A stretch of 64,000 bases of DNA. Source: Lama glama. Its lineage: Eukaryota. Below are positions 1-14,219 of this stretch, in pieces (the stretch's first letter is position 1; each line of letters begins with the position of its first letter). Location of the stretch: NCBI GenBank assembly GCA_028534125.1, contig CM052816.1, positions 21,082,001 through 21,146,000 of the forward strand, in the 5' to 3' direction. The notes beneath the pieces were generated by a model. The model worked only from the letters and a program-made list of their open reading frames with translations. It was not told where the DNA came from and ran no database searches. The position numbers were made by a program, and so were the translations under genes.

Positions 1-294
1 CTGGATCGCGTGGGTCGGGGCGGTGGGTTGGCGGAGCAATGCTCCGGAGAGGTCTGCTCCAGCTCTGGCCTCGCCAGGCCCGAGCTCCAGGAATGGCAGC
101 AGCGGACGCTGGCAGAGTTTGAAGGTCACCAGATCAGATGGCTGCCTGTGACCAAGCCCCGAGGCATAGAGGACCTGAAACCCTGGTCCTTGAAGTTCGA
201 CAACGCCTACAGGTCAGCCAGGCGGGGTCGTAGCGCTTCTGGCGAAGTCTTGACTCCCTGGGGAAGTCCAGGAGGGGTCAAGTCCACTGCCCAG
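1..294 (+). CDS. SHROOM1: SHROOM1 internal coding exon (5' part outside window)
   Basis: Frame 1 reads LDRVGRGGG...RSASGEVL...TAQ, colinear with human SHROOM1 as recalled; donor CAG|gtatag at 295. Confidence 0.92.
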
Positions 295-378
295 GTATAG
301 GGGCTGCAAGCCTGGGGTGGGGGCATCTGTAAGACTGAAAACTTAAGCAACATTTCATCCAACTGCTTGCCTTTCCAG

Positions 379-434
379 GCTGTTCCCCAAGGAGCAGAAA
401 CCCCTAGACCATCGTTTCAGACCAGACTTCCCAG
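379..434 (+). CDS. SHROOM1: SHROOM1 coding exon (AVPQGAETPRPSFQTRLP)
   Basis: ctttccag| acceptor and AG|gtgaga donor; phases fit the flanking exons. Confidence 0.9.
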
Positions 435-656
435 GTGAGAGAGATGAACCACTTTGGGGACTGAAAGTTGGGGGAAGGCAGCTTTCATAGCTCTTGTTTA
501 AGAAGAGGGCCTTGCACCTACCCTCAGTTTGAGCCTTCCGTCTTTTCCAAATCACATCCCCTAATTCCCCCACCCCTACACCTTACTCTCTCCCTGGTGC
601 AGAACCAGGATCTTCCTTCCTGGTCACTGTGGTCAGTGTGAGGTCCCTGCCTCCAG

Positions 657-866
657 GTTCCCGACTCTGAAGGAAGCTGCAGTGGTGTGTCCTGCAGAGG
701 GACTCCAGAGCAGTCCCTCTGACTGTGAGCAGAAGGCCTCAGGGATCTACATTGTGTCTGCCCGGCTCCCATCCCTTCCTGATGATGAAGTTTTCCTGGA
801 AGAAGCCCCAATGCTCAGAATGAGGTCACCTCCAGACTCCCATGGTTCCCCAGGGCTCCCAACCAG
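657..866 (+). CDS. SHROOM1: SHROOM1 coding exon (...SLPDDEVFLEEAPMLRMRSPPD...)
   Basis: ctccag| acceptor and AG|gtgaat donor; phase 2-2; matches recalled human peptide LPSLPDEVFLEEAP. Confidence 0.92.
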
Positions 867-1055
867 GTGAATTTCCTCAGACTTTCAAGCAGAGTGAGAC
901 ACTCCCTTTCTACACATATCTACAAAATGCTGGAGGAGCAGAGAACTCTCCTAGCTGGAGCCTGGGAGCCAGGGGGTGAGGGTGGGGACAGGTGGCCCTT
1001 GGCCGGTTATCTTTGGCCAGAGCTTTTTCTGATTCAGTGTCTCTTTCGCTTCCAG

Positions 1056-1628
1056 TGTCCATGCCTCTAACCAGAAGTACAGGGCTGGCTTGGGCCAAAG
1101 GGCTGACCAGACTATAATCCTGCCACAGCAGCCCCTCCATGAGTGCCCAGAGACTGCAGGGACAGATGACTGCTGGCAGGGGGTAAATGGTTCTGTGGGT
1201 GTCTCCAGACCTACATGCTGTAGCCCCCCTAACACTGCAAATGGTGACATCCCAACCATTGACCCTACTGAACTGCTGACCACTGACTCCCCAACAGCTG
1301 CAGAGACTGACCCCCTCAAACCTCTCCCAGTTGATACCCTGGGACCTTCAGGCAATGACACCTCAGGGCCTCCTGACCACACTACCCTGGCTTGGGCCAC
1401 TGGCCAGCCTTATTCCAGGCCAACATGGCTTGGTCCACACCTCGAGGAGCTGGTTCAGGAGCTGGCCAGATTGGATCCCTCTCTGAGCGACACTCTAACC
1501 TCCTATCCCAGCCCAGAGCCATCTCTGGGCCTGCTGGATGGGCTGATTCCTTTAGCTGAGGTCTGGGCTGCAATGAGGCCAGCCTGTGGAGAGGATGGAG
1601 AGGAGGCTGCTGGTACTTCTAAGCCAGG
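1056..1628 (+). CDS. SHROOM1: SHROOM1 coding exon, start of ASD2 region (LEELVQELARLDPSL)
   Basis: ttccag| acceptor and GG|gtgagt donor; contains ORF 1090..1632. Confidence 0.95.
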
Positions 1629-1715
1629 GTGAGTGAGGGGCACCGGGGAATCAGGGGATTCTAAGCCCCTGCAATCTGGGGCAGTACAATCCAGGAGCTC
1701 TGGTTTTGTCCCCAG

Positions 1716-1857
1716 GTCCTATCTACTTAACTCCACCCAGGGCCTGCCAACTTCTCAGGAGGAGACAAAGCCTGGAAACCTTAACACCCACGCTGTGCCA
1801 GACCAGCCATGTGGCCAGGGTCTCCCTGAGCCAAATAACAGCATCCAAGCCAAGAAA
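1716..1857 (+). CDS. SHROOM1: SHROOM1 coding exon (SYLLNSTQ...NNSIQAKK)
   Basis: ccccag| acceptor and AAA|gtgggt donor; phases consistent. Confidence 0.92.
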
Positions 1858-1957
1858 GTGGGTGTGGAGGGGTTGAAGGAGGCTGGGTGTGGCAAGAGTC
1901 TGGGCTGAGAAGTCAGGGGCCTGGCTCCAGTCTTAAGTACCCACGCCCTGCCGGCAG

Positions 1958-2230
1958 GTGGAGCTGGCCGACCTCCTCCAAAAGATGCTCCGGGACCTTC
2001 AAGAGGAGCAGGAGCGACTGCAGGAGGCGGCCCAAGCCTGGGCCAGGCGCGGGGCTGCTCTGGAGGCTGCGGTGGGCCAGGCCTGTGCACCCCACGTGCT
2101 CGAACGCTTCAGCCGGTTCATGGTCGACCTAGAGCGAGTGCTTGGCCTCCTGCTGCTGCTGGGCAGTCGCCTGGCCCGCGTGCGCCGCGCCCTGGCCCGG
2201 GCGGGCGCAGACGGCGACCCTGACGAGCAG
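1958..2230 (+). CDS. SHROOM1: SHROOM1 coding exon, ASD2 (ROCK-binding) domain
   Basis: VELADLLQKMLRDLQEEQERL...DLERVLGLLLLLGSRLARV, a Shroom ASD2 signature; donor CAG|gtaatg. Confidence 0.96.
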
Positions 2231-2348
2231 GTAATGGCTTCAGGCTTGGGGAGAGCGGGGCGGGGCGGGGCCTGCGGCTCGGTCTTAACCATCCCGGGGG
2301 CGGCGGCACCCTCGCCCCGCTCACGGCGCCCTCCCACTGCGGCTCCAG

Positions 2349-2681
2349 GCCTCTCTGCTGCAGCGCCTCGGGCTCCTGCAGCGGCAGCAGGAAGACGCCA
2401 AGGAGCTGAAGCAGCACGTGGCGCGGCGCGAGCGGGCCCTGCGGGAGGTGCTGGTGCGCGCACTGCCCGCCGAGGAGCTGCGCGCCTACTGTGCCCTGCT
2501 GGCCGGCAAGGCCGCCGTCCTGGCCCAGCAGCGCAGCCTAGACGAGCGGGTCCGCCTTCTTCAGGACCAGCTGGACGCCGTCAGGGGAGACCTTGGCGGT
2601 CATCCCCCGCCTCCCAGGCCAGCCTGGCCCCCAGGGACCTGTCCTCCGAATAAACTGCCCTTCCCTCCTTTCCTCATCTAG
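2349..2681 (+). CDS. SHROOM1: SHROOM1 terminal coding exon
   Basis: ASLLQRL...EDAKELKQHVARRE...LDERVRLLQDQLDAV, TAG at 2679-2681. The seven exons total 1881 nt and splice into one open frame. Confidence 0.96.
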   Translation, partial: ASLLQRLGLLQRQQEDAKELKQHVARRERALREVLVRALPAEELRAYCALLAGKAAVLAQQRSLDERVRLLQDQLDAVRGDLGGHPPPPRPAWPPGTCPPNKLPFPPFLI

Positions 2682-2998
2682 TTACAGGCTGTGGGGACGG
2701 GGAGCATTGCCCCTGCTTCTCACCCACGAGATTCGGGGTGTCGCTGGTTTATTCGGTGCTTTTCTCTCGAAGTGGGGAAGATCCAGGTCCGGCCTTCCCA
2801 GGATGCGTCTTACAAGTGTTCTTATGTGCCTTACCCAAGTACTGTGGATTATTTTGTAATTAACTTACGGGTTTAAAATACTGCAGTATTTCCCCTTTTT
2901 GTGATGAGAAAGAGGCTCGGTCAGGGTTGGTGGAGGGAGAGGAGACAAATCAGAGGAGAATTTCAACTTATGATGTAAAATGGCCATTTCCCCCCTCA

Positions 2999-3004
2999 AT
3001 TAAA
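2999..3004 (+). terminator. Candidate SHROOM1 polyadenylation signal (ATTAAA)
   Basis: ATTAAA hexamer about 320 nt after the stop codon; not verified. Confidence 0.45.
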
Positions 3005-4668
3005 AAAAATTGATGTGAGAAGTGTGCATATCACCTGAAGCATGGCTTGGAGAAGGGATCTGGTTTGAGAACTACAGACACCAACCCTGCCTGACTAGAG
3101 TAGAAGAGAGATTTGTTGGAGGACATCACTCAGGTCTGGGGATGGCTAGGAAGACAGAAGAAACAGGCTTGAAAACAGGAGGGACCAGGGGGATGCTGCT
3201 AACCAGTTATCTCTAATTGTTCTGCATCATTACCACAAAAGCGTAGGCCTGATTGGTCCAGGTCTCCTTGCCAGGGACAAAGCCCCCATCCTCAGTAGTG
3301 GAAGTGGGGTACTGCCCCCTTCAAGACTCAAGGGATATGGAATTTCCCCAAATGGGTTCAGCCGCTTTGCTGCATAAAACCCCTGATGAATGTCAAGTAA
3401 ACTTGGACATATGAGAACATTCATTCCAAGACCCGGAAAGAACTTTCTTCCTCTTCCAATTATGTTATCAAAGTTGAATTTATCCATCTCTTCTTTGGAG
3501 ACCCCACTGGGTCAACCAGAGTTGAGGAGGGCAGTTGGAGGGTAGAAGCTGAGTCATCGGGGACCTGGAGACCTATTATGCAAGGAGGCTGCAGACCTGC
3601 AGGGGCAGCTTTGCTCGTGTTCTACAGATGCCGATTTGGGGGTGGGCTGGGGTTGGGAGTGGAAAGTTAAGGGCTAGAGTGGTATGAAACACAGGATACA
3701 CACTTCCCTCTATTTGTGTATCAGCCCTGTGGACACAGAATCAATGTTAGGTTCTCAAATATACATGTGAAAATCTGTCTTACTATTTGTAGCTGCAAGG
3801 GCAGGGACAAGAACATTGTTCATGCAAATGTTCAGTGTATTTTTGGAAGTTGGGCACATTAATAGGCATGTGTATGTGTATCTAAAGCCAACTGACCCCA
3901 AAGTGAGAAATCTCTGCTTCTGGGCTTGCTTTCTGACGCATATTGTCACTAAGTGCAACTGGTTGGGAATTTTAAATGGTCGTATTCATACCAAAAGCAT
4001 TAGTTATAACAGTCGCGCTATTGAACACAGAACAATGCTCACATTGTGTCTTTTTATAAAAAAACATATGAGGCTCCTGCTGAGGCAGTTGTGGGTTCTA
4101 ACATTATGCTTTGCCTCTCTGCTTTGAACGCGGTGGGCGGGGCCTCCGCTCCAAGGTTTTCGGCCTGAGCGGGGCAGCTCACGTCTAGATGGAATCTACT
4201 TATTTCTACCTTTTGCCCTGTACAGTCCGCATTACATTCTCCCATTGTGATATTCTTAGAAACACATTTAATGTCGTCCATTAGGCCAGTGGAAATGGTG
4301 TATTTCAGACAAAGCACTCCCAACGCGGGATGGACATGGGAAGCAGCGTCTGCCACTGTCCGGTTAAACTGCATTTTGGTTTTTTGCTGTTTTTTTCCCC
4401 CATGGGGAAATATAAGGCTTCTGTGCTTGTCTCTACCAGATAGAGAGCTCACAGAATTGGGCCACACCTACTCCGCCCGTCCTTCCATTTTGCCTCCGTC
4501 TCCTTCCTGCCCTAGTTCATCTCCCTTCCACACCCCGTTATTCCTTCAGAGGGCAAGCATGCGCTCTCCACAGGTGTTCGGTATTGCCACCACAGACTAA
4601 GACTTTCGTGTGGGAGGAGGGAGAGAGGACAGTACCAGAAGCCCGGTGAATTCCACTCTCCCGGACAC

Positions 4669-4686
4669 TGCCAGCAGAGGGCGCTG
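4669..4686 (+). promoter_or_regulatory. CTCF-binding motif
   Basis: TGCCAGCAGAGGGCGCTG matches the CTCF core CCASYAGRKGGCRS at all positions. Confidence 0.7.
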
Positions 4687-4889
4687 TTTCCCTTATGATG
4701 AAAACTACCTGCGTTTTACCACCCGCAGCCTCCCCAGCTACCAGGCCCTCTGGGCTAGTCACAGGGACTGTGCCTTGTCCTGAGCAGTGCCCCTGTTGAG
4801 CCTCAAGGCTGGATGGGGCTGATCCTTTTCGCTTCTGTCGGAAAGAAATTCTGGTCAGCCAGCTAAGGGAAGGTTGGCTCGCTTTCCTT

Positions 4890-5560
4890 TGCTAGGCCTT
4901 TGTTCGATAATTGTTCGTTAATGCGGAGTGGGGACGGGGAAGCTGGGGGTGTTGATCTCGAGTATCAGTATCAAAAAGAGCCCTATTTAGTTCCCCAGGG
5001 TGGAAAAGAGGGTTTGTTTTTTTTTTTGAGTTCTCTGTTGGGGTTTCTGCTTGCCCCTCCTCGAGCAGCCTGCGCCCCCGCCTGCTGGCTCCGCCCCCAG
5101 CCTGGCGGCCTGCCGCGCTGCACCCCGACTTTGGGGAGCGCGGCTGTTGCTGGGCAACAGGCAGCCCCGCGGCCGCCTTCCCCGCTCGCCTCATCCCGCC
5201 TCCGCCGCTCCTCCTAATATGGATTTATTAGTGTACTTTTTACCTTCAGACTGTAAATTGGAAAACGAGTAGGGAAGCAGTGTTCCGCGGTGCCCCAAAC
5301 CGGCGCGCAATCTGGCTGGAACAGCCTGCTCGGCACACCGCGTACCTCGGCGAGCAGCTGGCGTAACCTCAGGGATCCTCGCGGGAACAGATCACCGCGC
5401 TGTTCAGTCACATGTAATTCAGAAGCTTACGAGGACATTTAGGTCAAATATGGTTGGGGACTGCAGAGGTGAAAGGGGAATGCGGGGGGTGGAGGGAAGG
5501 GAGGCAACTGCTGTAAAGCAGTCCTCTCAGCGGCCGCCTACGGTCACAGCCTGGCCACAG
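4890..5560. promoter_or_regulatory. Intergenic CpG-rich island with RFX X-box and GC box
   Basis: High CpG density; GTTGCTGGGCAAC at 5146-5158; CTCCGCCCCC near 5090. Confidence 0.6.
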
Positions 5561-7620
5561 TTTAGACTGACAGTTAAGATGAATGTTTACCTGCTGTCTT
5601 TGAAATTTAAAGCAGCACCAACTTCTCACTGGGAGGACTTTTTTCCCCCTCCTCTGGGGTGGAGGTCTGGAGCTCGCTCTCGCTCTAGCTCTCTCTCATT
5701 CTGTTTCTCTTTCTCTCTCTCTCTCTCTTTCCTCTTCCCCGCAGTAATACCTGAGTCCACCTCTGCTCCACAGGTTCAAGTCCAGAGGTGTGGCAGATCT
5801 GGAAGGTTAACGCCAACCGCAGGTTCAAGGCAAAAAGCTATCTGAAGAGCAACACAGCGTCTACTTATTGGACGTCAAATAATTTCTTCCAAGAAAAGGC
5901 AAAAAAAAAAAAAAGGAGGGAGAATATGGGTCCTGGGTGGGCTCAGTTTTATAACTGCGTGTGGAGGGGTGCTTTCATTCCAGAAGACTGAATGAAGCCT
6001 GTTTAGGTCTGGAAGGTGGGGGTGAGGATTGCGCTTTAGGAAAGGCGTAGTGATATTTTAACTGAAGTGATACCACTCACAGAATATGGGGTACTTTCCT
6101 TTTTGTGGGAATACATTTTTCCTAGTAGAGTCAATGTTGTTTATATAAGCAACTATTAATATGGTAAAAGAATGATCATGTAAAGCAAAGCTACAAATAT
6201 GAGCTATTTGGTTTTGGAATACAGCCAGATAGCACTTTGGGACCAACCCAGCACTCCCGGTAATGTTTCAGGATGGTGTTGCAGCTCACTAGCAACTCTG
6301 CCTTCTCACTTCCTGTTCTCCTCCCTCCCCGCAGCCTGTGAGATACCGCCAGCCCTAGGTCCCACAGAGGAGGGAGATGGACTTTGGAGAACTGGGTGAC
6401 TCCCTTAAGGTCACTAAGAGAATAAAGGGCTGAGATGAGACCACCTTGTTTTTCTGCAACAGGACTTTGTCATGGAAAAGAGCACCAGGATACCACCCCA
6501 ACTGTGAGAGAACTAATAGTACATACCTTATAAGGTGATGGTTAATACCTGCAAAGTGTTTAGAACCCAGCCTGGCACTTAGTACACACAGGTCATATAT
6601 ACATTTCCCATATACCCTAGTCTCCATTAGGTAAGTAATACATGCTCAAGAACAGCTTTCAACCTCCTGAGAGGAAATGTAAAACGTTATTAAAAAGTTG
6701 CTATGGATGACTCATACACATCTACACCAGCAATTAACTTTTCCCCCATTAAGAGGAGTGATTCTTTTCCCTGTGATAATTCTAACCATCTAAATTGCCT
6801 TACCCCAAGAACAACTTTTTTTTTTCCTTTTAGTTGCTGGAAATACCCTTCCACAGGCATACCTCCTGCCAGGCATATATTGTTCTTGAAAACTTTTCAT
6901 ATGCATATCAAACTAATTTTCTACTGACTTAACCTTACAGTTTCAGAAAGTCTCAGCCTGCAGGGAAAAAGCAGTGGTTTCTAACACCTGAGTTTTAGGC
7001 TTATTGTTCCTAAACTCTTGCCAGTGTTTTTATTTCACTTGGAAGGCTTGCAGCACACCCTTCTGAAACACAGAGGTTCTTCTGGTGGTTCAAGAACCCT
7101 CCTCTGATTTAGGTGTGCCATAAACATTAGTTATTGTTCTTACTACTCTGCTGGTTTATATTTTGTCTTTCTCAAAGCCAGTCATACCCGTGTTTGTGAC
7201 CTTTGTTACCTCTCTGTCAAGACTTTCTTCTACCATGAAAAAAGTTCTAATGTTTTATTCTGCCCTCTACTTTGACCTTCAGTTACTCAGATTGCTTTAA
7301 TTATTGCCTCCCATCATTTTTTATTTTTGGAAAGGCAGAAGATTTAATTTGCATTTAAAAATAATTTATGCAGCTTAGCTAGAGTTCTAAGGAAGAAAGG
7401 TGAGAAAGGTCAGATCAGGGCCTACAGTTTTTGGCTACCATATCCATGTTTGGTTGACTTATTTATTTTGCAGAGAAATCCAAATTCTTTCAATAATGGA
7501 ATGCTTGAAAGAGACAGAAGAAGGATGAGGAGAAAAGAAAGAAAAGAAAAATAGGGTAGCGAGTGCTGTATAATGTTTAAGGGAAGTACATCACAGAAGC
7601 AGGAACAAAGTGGGAGACTG

Positions 7621-7626
7621 TTTATT
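7621..7626 (-). terminator. Probable SOWAHA polyadenylation signal (AATAAA)
   Basis: tttatt on the + strand about 1.7 kb downstream of the SOWAHA stop, at the end of AT-rich UTR-like sequence. Confidence 0.55.
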
Positions 7627-7837
7627 TCATTGCTTAAATCAAAACATTCCATGAAGGACTGCCTTAAATAATTTCAGAGGCCTTACTGATATATATATGG
7701 GAGAGGAGGCCCACTGTCTTGTGCCACAAAAACGACTTGGTGTAACTAATGACATGCAAACACAACTTGCAAAAGCAGAGTATTATCACAATATGATATA
7801 AAATAGATTGGTTGAGCAAATAGATTCCACATCTTTA

Positions 7838-7976
7838 TGTGTGTGTGTTTTTTTGTTGGTTTTGTTGTTGTTGTTGTTGTTGTTTTGCTTTGTTTTTAAT
7901 GGAGGTACTAGGGATTGAACCAGGACCTCCTGCATGCTAAGCATGTGCTCCACCACTGAGCTACACCTACCCTCCC
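7838..7976 (-). mobile_element. tRNA-derived SINE (Vic-1-like) with simple-repeat tail and target-site duplication
   Basis: Minus strand has Pol III A box (TAGCTCAGTGG) and B box (GGTTCAATCC) then an A/CAA-rich tail; flanked by tagattccacatc at 7821-7833 and 8012-8024. Confidence 0.85.
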
Positions 7977-9308
7977 TTTCTTGGGTGTGTATGTGTTTGT
8001 TTGTTTGTTTTTAGATTCCACATCCTTAAAATAGATGAAGAGCCATTATAATTACACTGTGTTGAACCTGAGAAATCTTGGCAATACCTAAAACTTTCTC
8101 AATTACAAATAGGAGCAAAGATACAGAGAAGTTAAGCCACGCCTCTCTAAGGTAACTGAGCAAAGAGATTCTGCATTTCTAATTTTGCTGTAAGTTGTTT
8201 GCTTTCAGATGGCGTTTTAAAACGGATATCATGTACTTTTTGTTTGTACAGAACCTTCATATAAAATAGTTGCTCCTTAATTATATCTATTACTATTTAA
8301 CCAGTTATTCTCCTGGTGTAATGCAGAAACATTGTTTTTCTTTGAATGTTCACCTACTGCACTGAAAGGCTCAGCTGGATTTGAAAGCCACAGATTCAGA
8401 AACATGGCACAATGGTGCAATTCCTAAATATATCATACTCTAAAAATTAAATATTCATGCCAAATTAAAATATCCAGGCACCAGTGCCAAAGACATATGT
8501 TTATATTTCACCATAGACAACCACAAATTAAATATATTTGACAAAATGTCTCTTTCTCTTATTGTTAAATCACTTTTACTCCCAAGATATACTTGTTTTC
8601 TAATATTTACCATTCACAGTACAACTGAAATTAATTACATTCACAATGTGTTCAAGACTGTGTTCAAGACTCTCTAGAATCTTGATTGCCTAAAATGAGG
8701 TAGATAACCATTCAAGGGTTTTGTTGGTTGGGACTAATTTCCTTTAGATCTTGATCATCTTTTTTTTTCCTGTTAAATAGAATTCCAAAATATTTAGCAA
8801 AAGATTGAAAAGTGAACATTTTGGAAAAATATAATTTCAAAAGGTTACTTTATGAAAATTGTTTTACCTCATTTCAATTTAAAAACAGGATGAAAGCATC
8901 GGATTACAAAAGCACTACATATCTTAATGCTGACAAACATCCATCATCACACAAAGCTCTCATTCTGGCTTGGGAGTGTATAGATGCGGAAGCATTGGGT
9001 TAACTCATTCAGGGGCCAGACCAGCTGCTGCCCCTTAACGTTTGATCTTAAATTTCGAATTTCCAAAGTTCAAGCCTGACTTCTGGAATTCTTCAAAGGA
9101 GGCGCTCACTGAGATCTTGAATCCCATCTCTGGAGAAAGGTCAAGCTTCATACAGAAGCTGAAGGCATAGGCCCACATGGGTAGAACAGGCTACAGTGGA
9201 CAAAGTTGGAAACAAGATGGAGCCGAAGGTGTTGGACAGCCATCTTGGGCAGGCTTAGACTGTGAGGCAGGCCCGGTTGGAGCAACCAAGCTATAGCTTC
9301 GGGAACCG

Positions 9309-11560
<2,252 letters not shown>

Positions 11561-11929
11561 ACCTCCACAAAATATCGGACGATTACTTAAAAGCCATAAT
11601 TTATTTAAAGACCGTTGATACCCCTTCAATTGTGGATTGAGTTTCACATAGGAAAACGGCTTCACGCAATTTGCAGCAAAGACAATTCGCTGTGCGTGGC
11701 AGTGTATGTCACGCGAGGTTTAGAAGAGACGTTTTAAAAAGCAAATTTTTATAATAAAATAATACATTTTAACATGGAATTTTGCAGTAAAGCCACAGGA
11801 AAACATAAAGAAGGGGAAAAAATCACTTGAAATCACTATTAACATTTTGAATATTTTTCTTCTCGCTCCCCCATACACAAGTGTATACATGTTTATGCTT
11901 TAAAGAAGCAAGCTGGAATCATGCGGTTT

Positions 11930-12260
11930 TAATATTTGTTATTGTGCACCTAGTTTGTGCCAATATCTTTTCAGACTGTGATACTGATACGTCAGTTAGA
12001 AAGACAGATAAAAACTCCTGACCTAATGGAGCTGGCATGTTGGGTGGGAGGTGCAGGTGGGGAGGGACAAAGAGAAATGATATGATGATTCTGAAAATTG
12101 TATAATATACTAGAGAAATACTATGGAAAAATTAAAGCAGAGTTAAACAGAGAGGCAGTTTGCAAGTCTGAACACTGTGCTCAGGGTGGGACTTACTGTG
12201 AAGGTCTCAATTCAGCAAGAACTTGAAGAGATCAGGGAGTTACAGAGCTCAGTGGAAGAA
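11930..12260 (-). mobile_element. Ancient LINE-2 3' fragment
   Basis: ttattgtgcacctagtttgtgcc...aaaactcctgacctaatggagct resembles the L2 3' end. Confidence 0.55.
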
Positions 12261-12324
12261 GCAGCTTTTTCATCAGAGCTATCAATTTCTTAATTTACAG
12301 ACACAATACTACAAATACATGGCC

Positions 12325-12575
12325 AGAGGCACCATACCATAGTAGTTAAAGAAAGCAAGACTGTGGAGTCAAAATTCTACACTTAAATCCTAGCTCTGCC
12401 TTGGGCTACTTGCTTGACCTCTCTGTGCCTCAATTTTCTTATCTGTTAAGGGAGGAATGACAATAGTTACACTTACCTCATCAGGTAGTTGTGAGGATTA
12501 AGTGAGAAAATGAACATAAAGCACTTAGAACAATGCTTGGCTCACAGTAAACATTCAAGCTATTAGTAGTAGTAG
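12325..12575 (+). mobile_element. MIR SINE
   Basis: aaatcctagctctgcc...cctctctgtgcctcaattttcttatctgt...gttgtgaggattaagtgag...aaagcacttagaacaatgcttggc MIR core. Confidence 0.85.
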
Positions 12576-12719
12576 AGCCACTACTGTTATTCTTATTCAT
12601 TGGAAGAAAAGAGAACAGGTGAAAGGCCTGCCTTTCCTCAATCTCATTCCCCAGAGGCATGTTCTGTCTGTCTTCAGCTCTGTTTCCAGAATGCATAGGA
12701 TTTGATCTTCTTTTTAACC

Positions 12720-13320
12720 TTACTTTGTATTATATTGTGAGCATTTCCCCCAATGATAGTAACTATTCTTTAAAAATACATATTTTTAATGATAGCATCA
12801 AATCAGTGTAGTAATACACTTTGTTTTCTTATAGTTGATAGTCTACATTGTTTCTGAGTTGTATTTCTTATAGATGGTGTTGCTTATATAGAAAACTTTG
12901 TGCACATTTCTGATTGTTTCCTTAGGATAGAATCCTACACTTACAATTACTAGGTCAAAGGGAATTAATTATTTTTAAAACTCTTGAAATTTTTTGCTAA
13001 GTTATTTTCCGGAACAGTTGCAGCCCCATGAAATTCCCTTGTCTTTCCCTCACCGACATTGAGTAGTAGCTTTTCATTTGTCCTTTTGAAAGGCAAAAAA
13101 AAAAAAAGAAGTATTTCAGTCTAATTTCCATTTATTTTATTACCAATGAAGTTAAACTTTCTACCTCTTACTTTTGTCTTTGATTTGTTCTTTTGTGACT
13201 TGCCCTTTTCCCCATTTGTTAATATTTTCTTGTTGACATGTAGTTATTAATCCTTTATTATATATATTGTAAAGATTTTCCCACTTTGCTGTTTGGCCTT
13301 TCATTTTGCTTTCTGATAAC
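12720..13320 (-). mobile_element. Old L1M-type LINE-1 fragment
   Basis: Degenerate ...tttccttaggatagaatcctac...aattactaggtcaaaggg... typical of old L1 ORF2 3' end. Confidence 0.5.
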
Positions 13321-13347
13321 ACTTTCATTTCCAGACAACTACTTTTT

Positions 13348-14219
13348 TTTNNNNNNNNNNNNNNNNNNNNNNNNNNNNNNNNNNNNNNNNNNNNNNNNNN
13401 NNNNNNNNNNNNNNNNNNNNNNNNNNNNNNNNNNNNNNNNNNNNNNNNNNNNNNNNNNNNNNNNNNNNNNNNNNNNNNNNNNNNNNNNNNNNNNNNNNNN
13501 NNNNNNNNNNNNNNNNNNNNNNNNNNNNNNNNNNNNNNNNNNNNNNNNNNNNNNNNNNNNNNNNNNNNNNNNNNNNNNNNNNNNNNNNNNNNNNNNNNNN
13601 NNNNNNNNNNNNNNNNNNNNNNNNNNNNNNNNNNNNNNNNNNNNNNNNNNNNNNNNNNNNNNNNNNNNNNNNNNNNNNNNNNNNNNNNNNNNNNNNNNNN
13701 NNNNNNNNNNNNNNNNNNNNNNNNNNNNNNNNNNNNNNNNNNNNNNNNNNNNNNNNNNNNNNNNNNNNNNNNNNNNNNNNNNNNNNNNNNNNNNNNNNNN
13801 NNNNNNNNNNNNNNNNNNNNNNNNNNNNNNNNNNNNNNNNNNNNNNNNNNGTGCTATTTTAAAGGGGATTGTTTCTTTACTTTCTTTTTCTGTTGATTTA
13901 TCGTTAGTGTAAAGAAATGCAACTGAGTTTTGAACGTTAATTTTGTAACCTGCTACCTTGCTGAATTCTTCAATCAGCTCTAGTAGCTTTTGTGTGGACC
14001 TTTTAGGGTATTCTGTATATAGTAACATGTCATCAGCATATAATGACACTTTTACCTCTTCTTTTCCAATTTGGATCCCTTTTATTTCTTTCTCTTGCCT
14101 AACTGCTGTGGCTAGGACTTCCAGGACTATGTTGAATAGGAGGGGTGATAGTGGGCATCCTTGTCTTGTCCCAGATTTTAGTGGGAAGCTTTTGAGTTTC
14201 TCACCGTTGAGTACTATGT
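13348..14219 (-). mobile_element. Young 5'-truncated LINE-1 (ORF2 reverse transcriptase segment) spanning the gap
   Basis: 13851-14219 reads stop-free [36 protein letters not shown]...LYADDM...[10 protein letters not shown]; poly-T at the gap edge; perfect TSD agacaactacttttt at 13333-13347 and 14220-14234. Confidence 0.93.
13351..13850. other. Assembly gap (500 N)
   Basis: Run of N from 13351 to 13850. Confidence 1.

Noticed and set aside
7897..7976. tRNA-like sequence (also 20470-20543)
   Set aside because: Diverged, followed by A-rich tails, and the first copy has a TSD: SINE heads, not tRNA genes.
13286..14049. Long ORFs containing runs of X
   Set aside because: Artefacts of translating through the N gap; only the L1 RT part is real.
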